Shown piece by piece: positions 41,151 to 64,000 of a stretch of DNA of 64,000 nucleotides (the stretch's first letter is position 1; each line of letters begins with the position of its first letter). A program made the position numbers and the translations under genes. Below the pieces are notes generated by a model. That model had not been told where the DNA came from. It did not search any database and saw only the letters and a program-made list of their open reading frames with translations. Origin of the DNA: the human T2T-CHM13v2.0 reference genome, Homo sapiens; NCBI RefSeq assembly GCF_009914755.1, contig NC_060935.1. One strand, given 5' to 3'.

Positions 41151-41195
<45 letters not shown>
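41151..41195. repeat. (TG)n microsatellite
   Basis: Perfect dinucleotide run. Confidence 0.98.
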
Positions 41196-41197
<2 letters not shown>

Positions 41198-41499
41198 CTC
41201 AAGTATTCCAAACCATGAACACAGTATGTCTATCTGTTACTTGGGTCTTGTTTGATTTATTTCATCAGCATTTTGTAGTTTGCAGCTTTCAATCCTATAT
41301 ATACGTTGTTAGATTCAAACCTAAGTAGTAAGACTTTTGGGAGCTCTGGGACTGGTTTTGTCATTGTTTTCCATTACTAGTGATCCCTGAGGGAGAGGAA
41401 GCAAATGAGATGAGCCCTAATGATGGCCCCATCTTACTGTCTGAAGAGTTTGCAGCCTGCAGCGCAAAGAAGGAAGAGCTGAGGAGCAGCCCGGAAGCT

Positions 41500-48314
<6,815 letters not shown>

Positions 48315-48329
48315 CTTTAACATTTTTAT

Positions 48330-48940
48330 TTACTTTGTAAAATTTTTTTTTCAAACATTTAGACACAAACACACATTAGCCTAGGCCTACACAGGGTCAG
48401 GATCATCAAAATCACTATTGTCCACCTCCATGTCTTGTCCTGCTGGGAGGTCTTCAGAGACAATAACATGCATGGAGTTGTCATCTCCTGTAAACAATGC
48501 CTTCTTCTTCTGGAATACCTCTTGAAGGATCTGCCTGAAGCTGTTTTACAAGTAACTTATGATATGGTTTGGCTCTGTGTCCCCACCCAAATCTCATCTC
48601 AAATTGTAATCTCCACTCTCCACATGTTGAGGGAGGGACCTGGTGGAAGGTGATTGGATCATAGGGGCAGTTTCCCCCATGCTGTTCGCACGATAGTGAG
48701 TGAGTTCTCACGAGGTCTGATGGTTTAAAAGTGGCAGTTTCCCCTGTGCTCTCTCTCTCTCTCTCCTGCTGATATGTAAAACATGCCTTGCTTCCCCTTT
48801 GCCTTCCGCCATGATTGTAGATTTGCTGAGGCCTCCCCCGCCATGCAGAACTGTGAATCAATTAAACCTCTTTTCTTTATAAATTACCCAGTCTCTGGTA
48901 GTATCTTTATAGCAGTGTGAAAATGGACTAATACAACATT

Positions 48941-48979
<39 letters not shown>

Positions 48980-49175
48980 TAATCATACATTAGACCACAA
49001 AACAGGTCTTCTATGTACACACACACACACACACACACACATATATGTATGTGAAGAAGAACATTCTAACATAATGATTAATGCTATAGTACAGTAAATA
49101 CATAAACCAGTACCATAGTCATTTATTATCATTAAGTATTATATACTGTATATAATTGTATGTGCTACACTTTTT
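48330..49175. mobile_element. Tigger3-like DNA transposon fragment interrupted by an MST-type LTR (48560-48935) and TA/CA repeats
   Basis: CACATTAGCCTAGGCCTACACAGGGTCAGGATCATCA...; LTR TGATATGGTTTGGCTCTGTGTCCCCACCC...GGACTAATACA. Confidence 0.8.
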
Positions 49176-49647
49176 GTTATTTTTACATAGGATCTTACTC
49201 TGTTGTGCAGGCTGGAGTGCAGTGACCCATTCACAGCTCACTGCAGCCTCAAACTCCTGGGCTCAAGCAATCCTGCTTCCTTAGTCTCTTGTGGGACTAC
49301 AGGCACATGTCACGACTCCCAGCTAATTTTTCCTTTTTTCTTTTCTTTTTTTTTTTTTCATAGAGATAGAATCTTGCTTTGTTGTCCAGGCTGGTCTTGA
49401 ACTCCTGGGCTGGTCTTGAACTCCTGTTGACCAAAAATTTTATATCTGGCAAAATTATCCTTGAAGAGTGAAGGAGAACTTAAGATATTTCCAGTTAAAC
49501 AAAAGCTGAGGGAGGTCATGACTAGCAGACCTGCCATATCAAAAATGCTAAAGGGAGTTACAGGCATTCAGTCTGAGACGAAGGCATTAGGCAGTAAGTC
49601 AAAGCCATAAGAATAAACAAAGAACGCTGGTAAAGGTAACTACTTAG

Positions 49648-49985
<338 letters not shown>

Positions 49986-50133
49986 TGAGCCACCATACCT
50001 GGCCTTTTTTTTCTTATATGATTTAAGAAAAGCATGTACAGTCAGTCGTGGTGGCTCACACCTGTAATCCCAGCACTTTGGGAGGCTGAGGTGGGCGGAT
50101 CACAAGGTCAGGAGCTCGAGACCATCCTGGCTA

Positions 50134-50412
<279 letters not shown>

Positions 50413-50798
50413 TTAAAGGGAAGGAAGAATAGGAATGTGTGGGAGCAGAGTGTGTGTATACTTTTGAAACTAAGTTGGTATTTTTTAAACTAAGTTGTTA
50501 TAAGTTTAAGATATTAATTGTAATTCTCAAGGTAACCACCAACAAAATAACTTTTAAAAAATTCAGAAAAGGAAAGAAGGGAATCAAAATTGTTTTCTAC
50601 AAAAAAATTAATAAATGCAAAAAAGGCACTAATGGAGGAACTGAAGAACAAAAAATATATGACACAGAAAACAAATAGCTTCATGGAGAAGTAAATCCTT
50701 CCTTATCAATATTTACTTTAAATATAAATGTAATAAACTCTCCAATTAAAAGGTAGAAATTGGCAGGTTGGATTTTAAAAATCATGATCCATCTATAT

Positions 50799-51019
50799 CA
50801 GGGGTGTTCAATGTTTTGGCTTCCCTGAGCCACATTGGAAGAAGAAGAATTGACTTGGGCCACACAGAAAATACACTAACACTAAGCCGATGAGCTAAAA
50901 CAAAAAAATCACAAAAAAACCTCATAATGTTTTAAGAAAGTTTACAAATTTGTATTGGGCCACATTCAAGGATGTCCTGGGCCACATGTGGCCCACAGGC
51001 CGTGGGTTGGACAAGCTTG
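50799..51019. mobile_element. MER30 (hAT-Charlie MITE)
   Basis: CAGGGGTGTTCAATGTTTTGGCTTCCCTG...GGTTGGACAAGCTTG; imperfect 8-bp TSD ATCTATAT/ATCTAATG. Confidence 0.88.
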
Positions 51020-51020
51020 A

Positions 51021-51224
<204 letters not shown>

Positions 51225-51703
51225 TGATAGCCAGGCTGGTCTCGAACTCCTGACCTCAAGTGATCCACCTGCCTTGGTCTCCCAAAGTGCTGGGATTACA
51301 GGTATAAGCCACTGTGCTTGGCCTAATGCCATCTTTAAAAGATTCACTTTATCTTTTTTTTTTCTTTTTTACTACTGCCTTCTCAGTTTCTAAGGAGATT
51401 CACTTTAGAAACAAAGACACAAAGAGATTGAAAGTAAAAGGGTGAAAAAAGATATACCGTGAAATAGTAAGCAAAGGAGAGCAAGGGTGGTTATTAAACT
51501 ATAAGTAAAAAAAGAAAAAGGCTATCAGAGAAAAGAATAACATTATATAGTCATAAAAATTTCAACCCAGCAAGAAGATACAACAATTATAAACATATAT
51601 GAACCTAACAAAAAAAGTCCCAAAATATGAAGCAAAAATGGACAGAATTGAAGGGGAAAATAGATATGTCTGCAATAATAGAAATTTTAGTATCTCACTT
51701 TTA

Positions 51704-51859
<156 letters not shown>

Positions 51860-52061
51860 TCACATCTCTACTAAAAATACAAAAATTAGCTGGATGTGGT
51901 GGCATGCACCTGTAATCCCAGCTACTCAGGAGGGTAAGGTAGGAGAATCACTTGAACCCAGGAGGTGGAGGTTGCAGTGAGCTGAGATCGTGCCACTGCA
52001 CTCCAGCCTAGGAAATAGAGCAAAACTCCATCTAAAAAAAAAAGCCGGGTGGGGTGGCTCA

Positions 52062-52348
<287 letters not shown>

Positions 52349-52957
52349 TTATATTCTCAAGCAATTAGACCTAACAGATATATACTCAATCAACAAAAGT
52401 GGAATATACATTCTTCTCAAGTAGACATGCAACATTCTACAAGACAAATCATACATTAAGCCAAAAAACAGGTCTTACTAAATTTTAAAAGACTGAAATA
52501 ATATAAAATATCTTTTACAACCACAGTGGAATGAAACTAGAATGCAATAACAGAAGGAAAACTAGAAAATTCACAAATATATGGAAATTAAACAATATAC
52601 TCTTTTATTTTATTTTATTTTATTTTTGAGACAGAGTTTCACTGTGTTGCCCAGGCTGTAGTGTGGTGGTGGGATCTCGGCTCACTACAACCTTCACCTC
52701 CCAGATCGATTTTCCTGCCTCAGCTTCCCAAGTAGCTGAAATTACAGGTGACTGCCACCACATCTAGCTAATTTTTGTATTTTTTCAGTAGAGATGGAGT
52801 TTCACCATGTTGGCCAGGCTGGTCTCAAACTCCTGACCTCAGGTGATTTGCCTGCCTCAGCCTCCCAAAGTGCTGGGATTACAGGTGTGAGCCAACACAC
52901 CCTACCAAAACAGTACACTCTTAATCAATGGATTGAAGAATAAATCACAACTCAAAC

Positions 52958-53323
52958 GTTGTGATTGGCTCCGTGTCCCCACCCAAATCTCACCTTGAAT
53001 TATAAGAATCCCCACGTGTCAAGGGTGGGGGATCAGGTGGAGGTAATGAGATCATGGGGGCAGTTTCCCCCATGCTGTTCTTATGACAGTGAGTGAGTCT
53101 CATGAGATCTGATAGTTTTATAAGCATCTAGCATTTCCCCTGCTTGCACTTCTCTCTCCTGCTGCCATGTGAAGAAGGATGTGTTTGCTTCCCCTTCCCC
53201 CATGATCATAAGTTTCCTGAGATATCCCCAGCCATGCAGAACTGTGAGTCAATTAAATTTTGTTCCTTTATAAATTATCCAGTCTCAGGCAGTTCTTTAC
53301 AGCAGCATGAGAACAGACTATAA
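52958..53323. mobile_element. THE1/MST-family solo LTR
   Basis: GTGTCCCCACCCAAATCTCACCTTGAAT...GAGAACAGACTA. Confidence 0.88.
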
Positions 53324-53607
53324 GATGAAAACAAAAACAAAAACAAAAACAAACCCAAAAAACCACAGCATATCAAAACTTAAAAGATACAAAAAAGGCA
53401 CTGCTAGAAAAGAAATTTATAGTTGTAAATGTCTATATTAAAAAAGAAGAAAGATCTCAAATCAATAACCTAACTGTACGTCTTAAAGAACTAGAAAAAG
53501 AAGAGCAAACAAAACCCAAAGCTAGCAGAAGGAAGAATAATAAAAATTAGAGCTGAGATACACAAGATAGAGAATAGAAAAATGACAGATAAAATCAGTG
53601 CGTATTA

Positions 53608-55083
<1,476 letters not shown>

Positions 55084-55479
55084 TAAATAATGAAATCAAA
55101 GTTGAAAAAAAAATCAACAGAATGGACAAATCTTTAGCTAAACTAACCAAAAAAAAAGCTCAGATTACTAAAATCAGAAGTGAAAGGACAAACATTGGAT
55201 GATTCCACTTCTATCACTCCACTCTATCTAGAATAGGCAAATTTATGAAGACAGAAAGTAGAATAAAGATTACCAGGAGCTGGGGGTGGAGGAAGCAGAG
55301 AGTTATTGCTTAATGGGTAGAGAGCTTCTGTTTGGGATGGTGGAAAAAGTACTGGTTATACAATTAAATACTGTGAATGTATTTAATGCCACTGAATTGT
55401 ACACTTAAAATGGTAAAAATGGTAAATTTTATCTGATGTATATTTTATCACACTAATAATTTTAAAAGATTATAAAGTC

Positions 55480-57577
<2,098 letters not shown>

Positions 57578-58555
57578 CACAACCCTTTCTGAACAGCTGG
57601 GCTGTGACAGCCCACTAGGGACAGCCTTGTGGCTACAGTGGACTGGATCACAGAGGACCTGGGCGTTGGACAGGCAGCTTAAATGGGCTGCTGTTGGAGC
57701 CAAGGTTACAATCAGAGCCCCTTGGGGAAAGCAGAGCCTAACAGCTTCGGGAGGTAGGTCCTCTGCAGAGAGGAGCAGAGATGGGCAGAGAGCAGAGGGA
57801 AGGAGAGGAGCAGACGCACGGCCCCCAGGAGGCCCGGCTCTCATTCTGTCTTTGCAGCAAATCCCCGTCTTGGGACGGCCTGAGGTTTCTGTTCCTTGTA
57901 GCCACAGGCTCCCCAAGACAAAGAGCTGCTCCGTGTTCGTGGACCTGTTCTCTGGATCTTTCAGATGCTGAGTTGGGGGGTCTCCCAGAGATTCAGGAGA
58001 AAGGCCAGAGGCTGGGGTGGAGTCTTCCTTCTTCATGCATTTCCACGTATAGGGCCCCCGGAATCTCATGTGCTGGGCCTACCCGCCTGGCGCCACTCCG
58101 TGGTTCTCTCTGCTCACCTGACGTCTTCGTGCCTGCTGCCCTCCTGCTGTGTCCTGTCCAAGCGGGCATCTCTACAGTCAGCAAAGCGGGACCAGGCCCC
58201 TGCCGTGGGCCCTGGCTCATAAAAGACAGTGAGTTTTTCACTCTGAAGTCCAGATTGCCCAGCGGGGCTCATCTTGTGCTTCAAGTACATTCAGCGTGTG
58301 CCCGGAGCACGCAGCACTGGTGAAGTTGGGGTTCAGGAGTCAGGTGGACTGGGCCCACCCCTTACCTTGTGTGTGACCTTGGGCAAGTCACCTACCTCCC
58401 CTGTTGTCTATTTCCTCATCTGAAAGTGGGCTTAGAAATGGTTCCCGCCACGTGGGGAGGCGGTGAAGCACTCTACCAGTCCTGTGGGGACCTTCCCTGT
58501 GCTTCAGACTCACGGCCAGTGTCTGCCTGGCATCCAATAGGCATCTCTGCCTTCA

Positions 58556-59125
<570 letters not shown>

Positions 59126-59260
59126 AATAAAGGTTCACCCTTTCCCTCCCCCCGAGAAACGATCCCTCCACCATTCCACCTTCTCAAACCAAAAATGCAG
59201 GGGTCACCCCGGCTCCTGCCGTGGGCACGTGGATCGTACATAAGGAAGCAGTGCACGTTC

Positions 59261-59272
59261 TGCTGACTCAGC
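59261..59272 (+). promoter_or_regulatory. MARE/ARE (AP-1 core) motif
   Basis: TGCTGACTCAGC; CACGTG E-boxes nearby at about 59108 and 59226. Confidence 0.45.
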
Positions 59273-59456
59273 CTCCAAAGTGGCCCCTAGGGTCCTCGGT
59301 TTCTGTCCATCTGTGTGAACACACCCTGGTCCAAGCCAGCCTCCTCACTCCGCGGATGACCGAGCCAGCCAGGCCTCTCTATCTGCAGCCAAAGTGATCG
59401 TGTACTTATGAGATAGAAGTTGAAACTCTTCCTCCCCTCCTCCCTCCCTTCCATTC

Positions 59457-59769
<313 letters not shown>

Positions 59770-60843
59770 CTCTTTTAACTTTTGATGATGGAAATTTCTA
59801 AACACACACAAACATGGAGAGAGTGGGAAACAGACCCCCCACTTCCATGAAGCCATCAGCCATGCTGGATGGATGGCAGCCACATGTGTCTTGTGGCACG
59901 ATTCTCTTGCCCCCTTCTCCTGATGTGGAAGCATTTTAAAGCACACCTCAGACAGCCTATGACTTCAGCCTCAAGCAACAGAGTCATCTTTTAAACTCTG
60001 AACTGGATAACGTGACTCCCTGTGCATTCCTGGGCTCTCCCGCTCCTCCCCCGCCGCTGTCCCCTGGGACCGGCCTGTCTCTTTCACTCTCCCCAGGGCC
60101 CTTCTCTCCTCACACTTGTGGCCTTGGATCTGTCCTGGGGGCTCCGCATTGCTGGCCTCTCTGCCTGGATCCCGCATCTCCCTGATTTTTCATCTGTGTT
60201 TTTACTGCAAATGTTTGGATTTTGTTTCCTGCTCACAGCAGGAGGCCATCGGGGATTGCTGTGCAGGGGAGTATTAGGAGCTGAGTTGTGTTTTTAAAAT
60301 ATCCTCCGGCTGCTGTGTGGAGGATGAGTAGGGCTGGGGCGGGGAGCAGGAAGACCATCACAGAGAATTCAACGTAGTCGAACGTAGTCCATATTCTAAA
60401 AAGTATCGGCTTGTGTCAGCCACTGCGCTGGATCTTGAAGCAAAGCTGTAGATACGGAAATTGTGGCTGAGTATGGTCGTGGTTTGTCCCAACTGACCCA
60501 GCTGGTGGGTTTTGGGACCGAGGCCCGGGGGGCTGCCTGTGAGTTCATTGCATTCTCCCTGAACTCGTGGATTCCTTCTGGTGGGAGACAGTTACAGGCG
60601 CAAATGACCTAATACCACCTAGAACAATCCATCCCATAGTGGAAGCCGAGCCCCCCTGGCCTGGAACAATCGAAGAGGGCCAGAGTTCTCTGGTGTGGGG
60701 TAACGGCAAGACTCCCTGCTGTCAGGGGAGCGGGCTAAGGGGTTTCCACCTGCAAACATGGAATGGTAGGCGCAGGGGGCCGGAGGGTGGGATGGTGTCT
60801 CTAGCCAAGGCCAGCACCAGGGCTGGTGAAATAGGCTGGGAGG

Positions 60844-61130
60844 GGCAGGACGTGGTGGCTCACACCTGTAATCCCAGCACTTTGGGAGGCCGAGGCAGGA
60901 GGATCACCTTGAGGTCAGGAGTTCCAGACCGGTCCGGCCAACATGGTGAAACCCCGTCTCTAGTAAAATACAAAAACTTAGCTGGGCGTAGTGGCAGGCG
61001 CCTATAATGCCAGCTACTCAGGAGGCTGAGAATCGCTTAAACCCGGGAGGCAGAGGCTGCAGTGAGCCAAGATGCACTCCAGCCTGGGCAACAAGAATGA
61101 AACTCTGTCTCAAAAAAACAAAAAACAAGA
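60844..61130 (+). mobile_element. Alu
   Basis: Alu consensus with small deletions. Confidence 0.92.
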
Positions 61131-61217
61131 AGGCTAGGAGGGAGCCTTGCCCGCCAGGGGGAGCCCTTGGACTTCCTCTACCAAGAGATGCGGCCCTGCT
61201 CCTAGAGAAACTGGCTG

Positions 61218-61449
61218 GCTCGAGGCCATGCCCTGTCGAGCTCGAGGCCATGCCCTGCCGGGGCTCTCAAGGCTTTGGAGGAGCCTCTGCTCCCTACGGC
61301 CGTGGTGTGCTCAGCCACGCCCAACATTTGCAGACAGATCCGGTGTGAATGCTCAGCTCTCACGGCTTTGGAGGAGCCTCTGCTCCCTGTGGCCATCGTG
61401 TGCTCCTGAGCCACGCCCAACATTTGCAGACAGATCCAGTGTGAATGCT
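61218..61449. repeat. Adjacent tandem duplications (2 x 22 bp, then 2 x about 93 bp)
   Basis: GCTCGAGGCCATGCCCTG twice; GCTCTCA.GGCTTTGGAGGAGCCTCTGCTCCCT...GTGTGAATGCT twice. Confidence 0.93.
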
Positions 61450-61849
61450 GTGCTGCCATTTGCTTGGTGGATGACCTCGGCCAAGCAACCTGGCCTTTCT
61501 GTGCCTTGGTTTCCTCACTGTGAAGGGACGAGAGCTCCTTTTGGGGCCAAGCCCCGAATTGGACTCTCACTTCTGTTTGGCCTTCTGGCACCTTCTGTGT
61601 GGACTCTCACCCATCAGTTAGGGACTTTGTACCTCCTGTGTGTCAGTGCTGTGCTAGGCCCCGGATGAGCCACTGCCCCTGCCGCAGGAACAGAAAGCCT
61701 GAGGGGGGCTCTGAGCTCTCTGAGCTCCCCAGGGTGGAGGAGGCACCTTCTCTGAGCCCACCCCTCACCTTCATTGTGTTCCTCACAAGGCAGGTCTCAC
61801 CCACCGCACCGGGGGCTCCTGGGCCACGTCATCTCTGAATCCCCATTGG

Positions 61850-62817
<968 letters not shown>

Positions 62818-64000
62818 TTGGGGGCCCTGGCTGGGGCAGGGGGACTGACTGGCTGACTCTGCAGATCCCTGTGGCCCACTCCCTGGATGTAGGGGTGCCA
62901 GGCAGAGGCCGTTAGTCACAAGCTGAAGGCCAGCACTGCAGGTTACTCTTCATCCTACCTCCCCAGAAAGGAACGAGGTGCCCACAGTCTATGAGAACAC
63001 CCCCCAAGCCACAGCTCACACAGGCCCAGGGTTCTGGCTCTCCCAGGGGAGGCTCAATGAGCCAGGGTGGAGAGCTGACCCTTAGCAGGCTGGTCCTCGC
63101 CTGGGCCACTGGGGTGAAGTCAGGCAGAGGAAAGGGCATCCTCCACAGCTCCGATTGTCTACCCATGGTGGGCAGAGCTGCCCATTCCGGGCAGACGGTG
63201 TCTTGTCAGATTCAAGGACAATGCTGCGAGCTGGCCTAGAGCTCAAGATGGCAAGGGAGACAAGCCAGGGGCTGGAACCAACCACCTTCCCAGCCAGCGC
63301 CAGTGCCTGTAGTTAAGCATGCAGATGCGACTCCGATGTGTGATGGCCAGGAAAGGAGACAGTCAGGCACAAGCTCTGTGGAGTGTGGCTGTCAGTCCAG
63401 AAGGCCTGACTCAGGCAGTGAAGGCTGGGAGAGGGGAAGGGGCCAGCAGGACGTGACAATGAGAAAGAAAAGGCTGGGGAAGCCGGGGTGCAGTGAGGGA
63501 GAAGACAGGAGGAGAGGACTGGGGGGCAGCTTCTGACCCATTCTCCCCACTCCATATTTTCCCAGCCTCGGCTTTGAAGTTACTTCAAATGGTTTGGGAG
63601 TTACCGTCTTAGCCTTTTATCCCAGGCCCTTTGACATCCTTTTTGGAGATGAACTTAAATAAGAAGCTGGCCACCCAAACCTAGCCCAGGGAGATCTTGG
63701 TGAGTGGGAGACAGGAGATTCCGGACAAAGATCAGCTCTGCCTCAGCGCCAGGTGGTTGAGAAGCCACAGCCAACTCCACAACCACTTTTGGGTGGGGCC
63801 CCATGCTGCCATGTTTACAGCAGATGCTGCTCTGTCTCTCCCCATTTCCCAGAGGAAGAAGCCGAGCTCCAGAACACTCTATAGCTTGCTCCAGGTCTCA
63901 GCAGCCGCAGACCTGGCCTGAGAACATGGCCTTACAAGATGCCCTGGCCACGTGTGGCCCATCAGCTCTTGCTGCCTTGGGCAGGTGGGCAGATGAAGGA

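Overview
Primate, almost certainly human, genomic DNA with no protein-coding exon that I can support. A CpG island at about 16,150-18,300 is the promoter of a minus-strand gene. Its non-coding first exon (donor after 16,751, ...GGCGCAGGCG|GTGAGT) matches my recollection of the KMT5B (SUV420H1) 5' UTR. On that reading, positions 1-16,750 are intron 1 and about 17.5-64 kb is upstream intergenic DNA. The window contains roughly 60 Alus, fragmented ancient L1M and L2 elements, MIRs, THE1/MST/MLT LTRs and DNA-transposon relics. Two retroposed non-coding RNA fossils stand out: a 3'-terminal 28S rRNA copy with a probable target-site duplication (TSD), and a hY3 Y-RNA copy split by an Alu inside a multi-layer nested insertion. 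Essentially all supplied ORFs are Alu, microsatellite or GC-composition artefacts. I found no evidence for a new multi-gene system. The best leads are local: alternative 5' donors controlling a tiny uORF, a divergent CTCF motif pair, a candidate recursive splice site, and several tandem or inverted duplications. Repeat family names and boundaries are by eye and from memory of consensus sequences, so they are approximate.
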